Shown here: positions 1 to 8,444 of the stretch, piece after piece | How the letters are laid out: each line of letters opens with the position of its first letter | How positions within the stretch are numbered: the stretch's first letter is position 1 | Notes under the pieces: model-generated | Database searches by the model: none | The model's input: the letters and a program-made list of their open reading frames with translations, nothing else | Told to the model about the DNA's origin: nothing | Assembly (NCBI GenBank): GCA_026417135.1 | Contig: JAOADV010000013.1 | Coordinates: 1,142-65,141 of the forward strand | DNA length: 64,000 nt | Source of the DNA: Ignavibacteria bacterium | GTDB taxonomy: Bacteria; Bacteroidota; Ignavibacteria; Kapaibacteriales; UBA2268 | Direction of reading: 5' to 3' | Translations under genes and position numbers: made by a program

Positions 1-353
1 GTAGCGACTATATTTGTTTGTTCCTCGTAAAAAAGGGCGATTTTATCTCCAATTTTAATTTTCGATGCAGTTTCCTTATCGACTGAGATAGTGATTGGAA
101 TGGGCCAGAAAAGACCATTCATACTTACCAATGACATATCGGCACAGACGCTTTTCCAATCGTCGTAACCCATAAATCCTTTCAAAGGAGTATAGGCACC
201 GATGCCCATCATAATCAAATCGCCCATTTCGCGACTTGTGATTGGAATTTTAAGCAATTTTCTCGCTTCTTTTATCTCTTCTTCGAGCTCATTCCCTTGC
301 AATAGCAACTCTATTATGTTCGAAGAGCCGTGTGGTGAAATAAGTTTATCCAT
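1..353 (-). CDS. sat: Sulfate adenylyltransferase (ATP sulfurylase), N-terminal part; runs off the left edge
   Basis: Absent from the ORF track. Manual translation from the ATG at 353 gives MDKLISPHGSSNIIELLLQG...ITSREMGDLIMMGIGAYTPLKGFMGYDDWKSVCADM...FWPIPITISV, the Sat N-terminal (PUA-like) domain. Confidence 0.9.
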   Translation of the reverse strand, partial: MDKLISPHGSSNIIELLLQGNELEEEIKEARKLLKIPITSREMGDLIMMGIGAYTPLKGFMGYDDWKSVCADMSLVSMNGLFWPIPITISVDKETASKIKIGDKIALFYEEQTNIVA

Positions 354-408
354 TGTCCCAAATCCAAATTTATTCTTAAAGCAATTTGGTGCTATAAATT
401 TTGCACGA

Positions 409-993
409 CTAACCCGAATTTGACATAGTATTTGTAATCTCGGTGATTTTCTTCGCCAACTCCTCTTTTGCTTTTTCAAGGTCGTCGTTTATCAGAACAA
501 AGTCGAACCTATCCTTTAGCTCCATCTCGGTGTTAATTCTGCTCAGTCTAATTTCAATATCATCGGTTGTTTCGGTGCCACGCTTGACAAGTCGTTCTTT
601 GATAGCATCTATCGAAGGTGGTGCAATAAAAATTAAAAATGATTCGCTCGGGTACTTTTGCTTAATCGACAAAGCACCTTTAACATCAATATCGAAAACT
701 ACAACTTTCCCCTCTTCGAGATTTTTATCCACTTGACTTTTTAAAGTTCCATAATAATTGTCGAAAATTTGCTCATACTCGATTAATTCATTGTTCTTCA
801 CAAGCTTTTCGAATTCATCTTTCGAAACGAAGAAGTAATCTTTCCCGTCCACTTCGTTTGGTCGGGGTTTTCGTGTAGTTGCCGAAATTGAGAACACAAA
901 ATTTGGAAAAACAGAAAGGATATGCCTTGCAAGAGTAGATTTGCCAGCGCCACTCGGTGCAGAAATTACAATTAACTGTTTACGTTTCTCCAT
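409..993 (-). CDS. gmk: Guanylate kinase
   Basis: P-loop SAPSGAGKST, SATTRKPRPNEVDGKDYFF, YYGT. Likely start at MEKRKQ (993). Confidence 0.96.
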   Translation of the reverse strand: MEKRKQLIVISAPSGAGKSTLARHILSVFPNFVFSISATTRKPRPNEVDGKDYFFVSKDEFEKLVKNNELIEYEQIFDNYYGTLKSQVDKNLEEGKVVVFDIDVKGALSIKQKYPSESFLIFIAPPSIDAIKERLVKRGTETTDDIEIRLSRINTEMELKDRFDFVLINDDLEKAKEELAKKITEITNTMSNSG

Positions 994-1555
994 TTTCATC
1001 GGCCTCTTTCGCTTTGATAATGCCTTCTTGTAATAATTTTTTATAGATTGTATCGAGAACGCCATTGACAAAAATACCGCTTTTTTCGGTCGAATATTCT
1101 TTTGCAATTTCGATAGCTTCGTTAATTACAACTTTTGGCGAATTTTCTGGAAAATGCAATAATTCGGCGATAGCCATTTCCAAAATAATTCTATCGACGT
1201 AGGTTATCCTTTCGAACTCCCAATTTTCAATAATATTCTTTATTGATTCGATTGCAAAAAGCTTAGTTTGCAAAGTAAATTGGAGCAATTTCCTTGCAAA
1301 TTCAATATCAGCGTCTTTCCACAATATAGGCACATCAGCTTCGAGTTCAGCAATCTCTTCCTTCGTGAGCAATTTGTCGCCAGCTGGCTCTTCTTCGTCG
1401 AATGTATATTCGCGAAAGAAAATTCTATCGAACAAGGTTTCGGGTGGTTCGCCGCTAATTTCGCTAGCAAACAAAACCTGTAGAAGTTTCCCGCGAAGCA
1501 TACTTCTTGTACCCTTTATTCTTTTTTTCTTACTAAGCGAAATATCGTCGTCCAT
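980..1555 (-). CDS. nusB: Transcription antitermination factor NusB
   Basis: NWEFERITYVDRIIL...KVVINEAIEIAKEYS...FVNGVLD. Confidence 0.95.
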   Translation of the reverse strand: MDDDISLSKKKRIKGTRSMLRGKLLQVLFASEISGEPPETLFDRIFFREYTFDEEEPAGDKLLTKEEIAELEADVPILWKDADIEFARKLLQFTLQTKLFAIESIKNIIENWEFERITYVDRIILEMAIAELLHFPENSPKVVINEAIEIAKEYSTEKSGIFVNGVLDTIYKKLLQEGIIKAKEADENGET

Positions 1556-1714
1556 AGAAAATTTTACTTTACATTCAACTACATTCCAAATTTATAAAAA
1601 CCAATGTAATATTGGAAGAAAATAAAAGCAATATCATTAAAGAAATCGGAAACAAAGTTACATTAGAAACGAAACCAGCCCAAAGTAAAAATTTCAATTT
1701 TTCATTCAATCCCA

Positions 1715-1800
1715 ATGCATCTCGCCCCGTTAGTATTAAATAGTAGCACGGGCTCCCCAGCCTGTGCAACTGAAGTAGCGACGGCATCCTTGCCGTTGGA
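1715..1800 (+). repeat. Cluster of degenerate GTAG-type REP-like hairpins
   Basis: GTAG-CACGGGC-tcccca-GCCTGTG and GTAG-CG-ACGGCA-tcct-TGCCGT in an AT-rich intergenic region. The first unit recurs inverted at ~11731-11760. Confidence 0.6.
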
Positions 1801-1876
1801 AAAGGACAAAGTTATGCGAATTTATAAGTGCAAGGGCAATGTGCAAAAGCAAGTATGTTTTTGTTACTTTATTTTG

Positions 1877-2250
1877 TTACAAGGATTTAATGATTTCTAC
1901 TGTGCGGAGACTGAAGGTTATGATTTTCGTGATTAGTCGGAGAATATACTCTGGGTCGGGGCCGAAGACACTGTCGGGGCTTGGGGTTGGTTGTTTAAGA
2001 TACCACTATGGTTGTCGACTTTAACGCGAAACTGCTCGATAATCCATTCCAATGCAATTCGGTTGTCCTAGCGATGCTCGAAGGTTTCGGAATAAATACA
2101 CACAGGAGTAAGTAACTCGTTATAGATAGTACTGTGCCGGTCTTTCGAAAGATACATTTTTCCACACGCTAGTGGAGTTGTTTTCGGGACAACTATTCTC
2201 TGTAAAGATGATTGAAAATTTTGTATTCTCGATGAATTTCCCTTACTACT
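1877..2250 (-). pseudogene. Decayed C-terminal fragment of a Type ISP/IIG restriction-modification enzyme
   Basis: Manual minus-strand translation: RVEK/MYLSKDRHSTIYNELLTPVCIYSETFEHR*DNRIALEWIIEQFRVKVDNHSGILNN/.../DPEYILRLITKIITFSLRTVEIIKSL*. It resembles the type ISP C-terminus (RSALEWVIDQY-V-TDK-SGIVNDPN...DP-YI) and carries an in-frame stop and frameshifts. Confidence 0.8.
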
Positions 2251-2609
2251 TGTTCAGAACATTTTTTAAAAAAGTTGTGACATTCAGAGTATTTATTTGG
2301 TAAACAAGTATCGATGATAAAGAAATACTTTTTCATAAAAAAATTCTTATTTAAATCAAAAATTATATTTATTAATTTCTTAAAATTTGTTATTTTGCAA
2401 TTTAATTTTTATACCATCAAAAATAAAATTAAACAATGCTTAAAAATATTTTTTATACTGGTTTCACATAGATATTAAGATAAGGCTTATAGTCTTTGAA
2501 CTAAGCTATCCAAAATAACTTTTACTCAAATATTTCTAATCTTAAGTGTAAAAGCTATGAAAATTTCAATTCTAAAAAATTTTTTTAAAACAAAAAAGGA
2601 GAAATAGAA

Positions 2610-4277
2610 ATGAAATCTATATATCATAATTTTATTACCTTTACAAAAATTCTTTTTACAATCTTTGTTTTTTCGCTTCCTTTTTACACTCTTAATTCTC
2701 AACCTTCTGGCTACTGTACGGTCTTTCCAGCAAATGTTCCTTCTAATTATAGTTACGTTTATCAATATTGTTATGGCGGCTTGTATTATGGTTATATAGT
2801 TAATGTTAAAATTATCGACTCTCAAACAAATTCCGTAGTTTTAAATTGGTCCACGGGGGATGATAATTGCTATACCTTCACTGGCCAACAAGCAAACTTA
2901 TTTCCAGGTAAGACCTATTTGCTTTATTTTTCCTTTTATATGCCATATTCTTGGTATTGTCAATATATTTTACAATATGGTTACAATAGTTACTGTTACG
3001 GTTTAGCTTGGCTTGACAGAAATATTAATGCCAGTTTCAGTGATGCAAATGAATTTCTCGGAGTCCAAACCTTATCACTTTCTAATTGGGATGCTCAAAA
3101 TTGTACTGGAACATATGGGCCATTTATTATCAACGTACCAACGAATCAACAAATTGGGCTAACCCGTCTTCGCGTTATGCATAATATGTTTGGACATTAC
3201 GGTCATCCTGGAAGCAATGGATGTCGTTTGTATTATGTTTATGATTATTCCCCTTATTATTATTATTATTATGGTTATGGTGAAGCTGAGGATTACATTA
3301 TCAATTTCACAGTGCCTGTAACTCTTTCCCCGACCGAGAATAAAGTGAAATGTGGAACTGCATACACAAGTTTTACAGCATCAACTTCAATTTCAGCAAT
3401 TCTTTTTGAATGGTTTAAAGATGCTGATTTAGTTCCCGATAATGGTAACGAAGTTTTGGTTCAATCATCGAGTTCAACAACTTTAGCTTTCACCAATGTT
3501 AATTACACAATGGAAGGCAATTATTACGTAAAGGCCCACTTCCCTGATGGAAGTTCAGCGAATAGTAACTACGCTAAACTTATTGTTTTCCCAAATCATC
3601 CTACATTGACACAAATTCTTAACAGAACAAACTCGTCTATTACACTTGGATGGTTTAACCCAAGCAATTGTATGTACGATGGTGTTCTTTTGGTATCATC
3701 ACTTCTCTCTAATTATGATGCAAGTATAGTCCCAATCGATGGTGTAACCTATAGTGCTTCAAGTAATTTTGGTAATCCTTCAAGTTTAATTGGCCCTAAT
3801 CATTACGTAGTTTTCAATGGGACTGGAACTTCTGCAACTACAACAAATTTACAATCTAATACATATTATAGGTTCCGATGGTTCACTTATAGAAACGGAA
3901 ATGTTTATAATCCAACATATTCAACAAGTTTTTCTTCTGGAAATCCAAGGACAGTAAAAACTAATCCAAGAGAAATAGTAGGGGAAGAAAATTTCGTTGT
4001 TGGAGAAGGAATGGAATTAGGAGATGTAATTCCCAACCCAGTTGTGAGCGACGAGCTTGAATTTCTTCTAATCACAAGTGAAAATGGCAACTACGAAGTA
4101 AAAATTTTATCTGCAAACGGTGTCGAAGAATTTCGAAACACCTTCTCATTATCTGCCGGCGAAAACATTCTTTCCATTAGTGGTGATGTAATTGCTGGTT
4201 TAGCTAGTGGCGTTTACATCCTTCAAATTAGTAATGGAATAGATATTTTGAATCGTCAGTTTGTTGTCATAAGGTAG
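2610..4277 (+). CDS. T9SS-secreted protein: signal peptide, Tyr/Cys-rich GEVED domain, Ig-like and FN3-like domains, type A C-terminal sorting domain
   Basis: AWLDRN..F.DANE, TRLRV, GEAEDY (GEVED); PNPV...LASGVYILQI...QFVVIR (CTD); AAGGAG upstream of the ATG. Confidence 0.85.
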   Translation: MKSIYHNFITFTKILFTIFVFSLPFYTLNSQPSGYCTVFPANVPSNYSYVYQYCYGGLYYGYIVNVKIIDSQTNSVVLNWSTGDDNCYTFTGQQANLFPGKTYLLYFSFYMPYSWYCQYILQYGYNSYCYGLAWLDRNINASFSDANEFLGVQTLSLSNWDAQNCTGTYGPFIINVPTNQQIGLTRLRVMHNMFGHYGHPGSNGCRLYYVYDYSPYYYYYYGYGEAEDYIINFTVPVTLSPTENKVKCGTAYTSFTASTSISAILFEWFKDADLVPDNGNEVLVQSSSSTTLAFTNVNYTMEGNYYVKAHFPDGSSANSNYAKLIVFPNHPTLTQILNRTNSSITLGWFNPSNCMYDGVLLVSSLLSNYDASIVPIDGVTYSASSNFGNPSSLIGPNHYVVFNGTGTSATTTNLQSNTYYRFRWFTYRNGNVYNPTYSTSFSSGNPRTVKTNPREIVGEENFVVGEGMELGDVIPNPVVSDELEFLLITSENGNYEVKILSANGVEEFRNTFSLSAGENILSISGDVIAGLASGVYILQISNGIDILNRQFVVIR

Positions 4278-4417
4278 TAGGGTTAGTTGATGTTATAAGA
4301 TAATGTTTTGAATTTGTTGTTCTGGGAACTTTCTCAAGTGGATTAATCTACACGCAATTTAGCGATTGTTTGATTTATAATTTTAACTGCCACTTGCCTT
4401 GTTACAATTTTGCAATA

Positions 4418-4607
4418 CAACATCGTAACATAAATTCGAAGCTTAGCTAATAATCTACCTCACCACCCGCCCCCCTCTACTTGAAAAGGAAAGGTGTGTG
4501 CCGTCCCGGTCTATCCCCGCCCTCTACTTGTGGAGAGGGGGCCAGGGGGGAGGAAAAGTTAAAGTAAAGTTGCTTTGATTTATCTCTAAAACAAATGTTA
4601 CGAGTTG
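4418..4607. repeat. GC-rich palindromic element (4458-4553) inside short inverted repeats; MITE/REP-like
   Basis: CCTCACCACCCGCCCCCCTCTAC...GGAGAGGGGGCCAGGGGGGAGG with an internal direct repeat CCCTCTACTTG. Flanked by CAAC(A)TCGTAACAT (4418-4431) and ATGTTACGAGTTG (4595-4607). Confidence 0.55.
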
Positions 4608-4815
4608 CATTTTCTAAGTATTGGGATTTTTTCGTAGGAAATTTTGAGTTAAAATTTGAGAATTTTCATTTTGAACTTGTTTCTGCAAAGCGACTAAGAA
4701 AGACGGTTTCCTCTTTTGTTTACAATTTTAACATAAAATTTTGATTTTTTTAAGTAAAACATTAAATCTTAAATTCAGTTAGAATATTTCTATGGGTTTA
4801 ACAATTTCGAAGAAA

Positions 4816-5409
4816 TTAATTTGACAAATGCTCTTGTTTAAAAAGATTTTTGTATTGAATAATATAATTTAAAATTGTCCAAACTGAATAAAGTGTGATT
4901 AGCAATAAAAAGACAAAAGTAATCCAAGAGTAAATTATTTTATCGATAAGAGCAGCGGGGATTATATGGAAGTTATATTTAGCAAAGATTAGAACGAGGA
5001 TGTAGGCAATAAAAATCATTTGAGCTGTCGTCTTCATTTTTGCCTCTTTGGAAGTTTTAATCGGCGAGCCTTTTGCAAGCGCGATAATTCTTAAAATTGT
5101 TGAAAGCGTGTCGCGAAGAAGTATAATTGCAAACATCCAAATGGGCATAATGTTTAAATTAACAAAAGATAAAAAAGCAAAGGTTGTAAGGAACTTATCG
5201 GCAAGGGGGTCTATGAATTCACCAAAGCGAGTTGAGTATCCGAAACGACGCGCTGCCCATCCGTCGAGTATATCGGTCGATGCTGCAACGAAATAGAGAA
5301 TACAGGCAAGACTAACCGTGCTTTTATCGAAAGAAGTAAAGAGAACGTAGAAAAAAGGTGCAGAAAAAAGTCTAAAAAAACTTACAAGATTTGGGAGATT
5401 AAACTTCAT
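4816..5409 (-). CDS. pgsA: CDP-diacylglycerol--glycerol-3-phosphate 3-phosphatidyltransferase
   Basis: PNLVSFFR, TDILDGWAARR...FGEFIDPLADK (CDP-alcohol phosphotransferase motif). Confidence 0.88.
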   Translation of the reverse strand: MKFNLPNLVSFFRLFSAPFFYVLFTSFDKSTVSLACILYFVAASTDILDGWAARRFGYSTRFGEFIDPLADKFLTTFAFLSFVNLNIMPIWMFAIILLRDTLSTILRIIALAKGSPIKTSKEAKMKTTAQMIFIAYILVLIFAKYNFHIIPAALIDKIIYSWITFVFLLLITLYSVWTILNYIIQYKNLFKQEHLSN

Positions 5410-6181
5410 TAAGCTCAGTCGAAATTTTTTCAGCAATACTTATTATTTTGGTGAATTCGGTGAAATCCAGAGAGGCACCTCCTATAAGTCCACCATAAAC
5501 TTCGGGTAAGGAAAATATTTCGGTTGCGTTGTTTGAATTTAAACTACCACCATATAGAATTAAAATTTCTTCGCCCGAAACTTCAAACAAGTTTGCCAAA
5601 AGTGTTTTTATGAATTTGTGTGCTTCGTCGATTTGGTAAAGTTCGGCGGACACACCTGTTCCTATTGCCCAAACGGGTTCGTATGCAATAGTGATGCGAT
5701 TTATTTCCGTTTTTGAAATTCCTTTCAAACCTAAACGGATTTGCCTTTCAATTACATTAAAAGTAAGTCCGTCGTTGCGCTCTTGAAGTGTTTCGCCAAT
5801 GCAAAATATAGGTTTTAGACCAAATCGCGTAGCAGAAAGAATTTTTCTGTTTATCGTATTATCCGTTTCGGAAAAATAAGTTCTTCGTTCGGAATGACCA
5901 ATTATAACGTATTGGCAACCTATAGAGGCAATCATCGAAGGCGAAATTTCGCCAGTAAATGCACCTTTTTCTTCCCAATGGCAATTTTGAGCACCTAAGG
6001 ACAAACTACTTCCTTGTAATTTTTCTGATATAGGATAAAGACTTGTAAAAGGAGGGCAAATAATAATCTTGCTCGATGGATTATTCTCTTCCAGCCATTT
6101 TAGCAATAAATCAACGAATGCCAATGATTCACTTACATTTTTATTCATTTTCCAGTTGCCAGCGATTAAAAACTGTTTCAT
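5399..6181 (-). CDS. tpiA: Triosephosphate isomerase
   Basis: AGNWKMN, GHSERR, AYEPVWAIGTG, LYGGS, LIGGASL. Confidence 0.98.
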   Translation of the reverse strand: MKQFLIAGNWKMNKNVSESLAFVDLLLKWLEENNPSSKIIICPPFTSLYPISEKLQGSSLSLGAQNCHWEEKGAFTGEISPSMIASIGCQYVIIGHSERRTYFSETDNTINRKILSATRFGLKPIFCIGETLQERNDGLTFNVIERQIRLGLKGISKTEINRITIAYEPVWAIGTGVSAELYQIDEAHKFIKTLLANLFEVSGEEILILYGGSLNSNNATEIFSLPEVYGGLIGGASLDFTEFTKIISIAEKISTELNEV

Positions 6182-6720
6182 CGTTTTACCCCACTTACGT
6201 TGAAGATTTTATAATTCGACAAGTTTAAGTCGGATTCAAATCCATATCCGCGAATTTCTTCGTCTGGGCTTATTATTTCAATATATTCATTTGAATATAG
6301 TCTTTGAGTTTTGTTTCTCCATTCAAGGAAAGAAGTTCGGAGGATTTTTTTTGGACTATCGGCGACAACAACAATTCTACCAAAAGCATACATATTTTTC
6401 GTTTTGTCGTCGATACGAGCACTATCTGCAGTCAAAATGCTTTGCCTTGAACCAGTTGGCTTAGAATAAAACTCTAAGCGAATGCTATCGTAAAGCATTG
6501 TTTCGCCTCGCTGATGAAATACCTTTGCCGTTTTTGCCCAGAGCCGAGCTCGGACAAATGAAGTGTCGATAAAATCGACAACAATATTATTTGCAACTTG
6601 GTCTGGGATAGTTTCTATTTTTTCCAAAAGTTTGCTGCTTTGAAAATCTTTTTCTTCGGCACTGCAATTTATCAAAAGTAAACAACTTGTTAAGATAGAA
6701 AATAAAATTCTCTTGCTCAT
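6178..6720 (-). CDS. lptC: LPS export ABC transporter periplasmic protein LptC (lipoprotein-like)
   Basis: Lipobox LINC; SILTADSA...LRTSFLEW...IRGYGFESDLNLSNYKI, typical of FCB-group LptC. Confidence 0.8.
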   Translation of the reverse strand: MSKRILFSILTSCLLLINCSAEEKDFQSSKLLEKIETIPDQVANNIVVDFIDTSFVRARLWAKTAKVFHQRGETMLYDSIRLEFYSKPTGSRQSILTADSARIDDKTKNMYAFGRIVVVADSPKKILRTSFLEWRNKTQRLYSNEYIEIISPDEEIRGYGFESDLNLSNYKIFNVSGVKR

Positions 6721-6788
6721 CAGTAGTAATGAATATGCAAACTTTAATTAATTTTAAATTTCAATTTAGTGATTTTTTAAAAAAGAAT

Positions 6789-7925
6789 ATGGCAAGAATA
6801 TTAGTTCTCGGTTGTGGGCTTGTCGGAAAAACAATTGTCAAAGATTTAGCAAAAACCTATCAAGTTGGAGTAGTGGATATCGATTTGCAAAATCTTAATC
6901 AAATTCAAAAATTTGTCGATGTCCAAACTTTTTTAGGTGATGCAACAGACAAATTATTTATTTCCCCTTTATTAAAAGATTATGATGTTGTTGTTTCGGC
7001 TGTCCCTGGTTCAATTGGATTTAAAGTTTTAAACCAACTAATTGAATTCGAGAAGAACGTCGTCGACATTTCATTTTTTCCCGAGAACCCTTTCGAGTTA
7101 GATGAAATTGCCAAAGCCAATTCTGTAACTGCTATTGTAGACTGTGGAGTAGCACCCGGATTAAGCAACATAATTGTTGGTTATCAAAATTCGAAAGACA
7201 AACTTGCAAGTGCTACAATTTACGTCGGTGGTTTACCTTTTGAAAGGGTGCTTCCATTTGAGTATAAAGCCCCGTTTTCACCATCCGACGTTATCGAAGA
7301 ATATTTGCGAGTTGCCAGAATAAAATCCGAAGGGAAAATTGTTCAAGTTCAGCCTTTGACTGAACTCGAACACATTTATTTTCCTAAAGTTGGGACACTC
7401 GAAGCGTTCCTAACCGACGGGCTTCGAACTTTGCTGTTCACTACAAATATTCCAAATTTAAAGGAAAAAACGCTCCGCTATCCGGGTTATGCCGAAAAAA
7501 TCAAGTTCTTAAAAGATTTAGGTTTTTTTGGAACTAAACCAGTTAAAACAAAGGTAGGCGAATATGTTCCTTTATACCTTACAGAATCCATTCTTACTCC
7601 GCTTTGGAAACTTACCCCAGCAGAAAATGAATTTACTGCGATGCGAGTGGTGATGAAGTCTTCGACTTCGGATAAAAACTATATTTACGAACTTTTCGAC
7701 CAAACAGATTTTGCAGAACAAAATAGTTCGATGGGACGAACAACTGGATTTGTAGCAACTGGTATTACAAATTTGCTTATACAAGGAGAAATACAGCAAA
7801 AAGGAATTGTCGCTCCAGAAACTTTAGGGGAAAATTCGAAAATGTTCGAATTTGTAGTAAATTACCTTCGTAATCGAGGTATTGAATTAAAATACAACGA
7901 GGACTACCTTGGAACAAACATTTGA
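6789..7925 (+). CDS. Saccharopine dehydrogenase / lysine 6-dehydrogenase family oxidoreductase
   Basis: Rossmann motif GCGLVG, DCGVAPGLSN, LEAFLTDGLRTL, EKTLRYPG, MGRTTG. Confidence 0.88.
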   Translation: MARILVLGCGLVGKTIVKDLAKTYQVGVVDIDLQNLNQIQKFVDVQTFLGDATDKLFISPLLKDYDVVVSAVPGSIGFKVLNQLIEFEKNVVDISFFPENPFELDEIAKANSVTAIVDCGVAPGLSNIIVGYQNSKDKLASATIYVGGLPFERVLPFEYKAPFSPSDVIEEYLRVARIKSEGKIVQVQPLTELEHIYFPKVGTLEAFLTDGLRTLLFTTNIPNLKEKTLRYPGYAEKIKFLKDLGFFGTKPVKTKVGEYVPLYLTESILTPLWKLTPAENEFTAMRVVMKSSTSDKNYIYELFDQTDFAEQNSSMGRTTGFVATGITNLLIQGEIQQKGIVAPETLGENSKMFEFVVNYLRNRGIELKYNEDYLGTNI

Positions 7926-8118
7926 AAGCAAATTAAAGCGATTGCAAGAAATCGTCGGGTTACTTGAATCGGGGAATGTAACGCTCGAAGAGTCCTTAAA
8001 TCTTTACGAAGAAGGTATGAAACTTGCCTCAGAGCTTAAAAAAGTGCTCGACGATGCCGAGTTGAAAATCATCCGACTTAACGAAAATTTTTCGAATTCG
8101 AATATGAACCAAGCCTAA
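7909..8118 (+). CDS. xseB: Exodeoxyribonuclease VII small subunit
   Basis: FESKLKRLQEIV..LESG...LEESLNLYEEGMKL...L..AELKI; TTG start. Confidence 0.93.
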   Translation: MEQTFESKLKRLQEIVGLLESGNVTLEESLNLYEEGMKLASELKKVLDDAELKIIRLNENFSNSNMNQA

Positions 8119-8444
8119 AACTTTCGAGTTTTCGATTTCTTTACAAGTTTATGGAAAATTTTTAATAAAATACATTTAACTTTCAAGAAATAAATCATTT
8201 GTCGGCGTCAATACTTCGATTGAAATTTTCGTGAAAATATCTAAAAGATAATCCAAAATTCTATGCTATAAATTTCCTACATTTCGATTAACAGGTAGAG
8301 TTTTATGGGATTTGGACTTTAAAAAGGACGAAAGGCAAAAAATTACTTGCAAAGGAGGAAGCTTATGCTAACTCTCGGTTTTATTTTCTTTACCTTTTCG
8401 AAAATCCATAATTTTAAAATTTTATTTGGCAAGGTTTTGAGATT

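Noticed and set aside
1715..1800. GC-rich structured stretch as tRNA or SRP RNA
   Set aside because: No cloverleaf or T-loop and no SRP GGAA/AGCAG domain. A dispersed second copy favours a REP.
2120..2200. Run of small hairpins suggesting an ncRNA
   Set aside because: It lies within the type ISP pseudogene remnant, and the stems are short.
2610..4277. DGR target (hypervariable aromatic-rich protein)
   Set aside because: No reverse transcriptase and no template/variable repeat pair seen in the window.
8120..8444. Purine riboswitch or leader peptide upstream of nupC
   Set aside because: No aptamer consensus recognised. An AGGAGG-ATG is present but leads only to a very short ORF with no other support.
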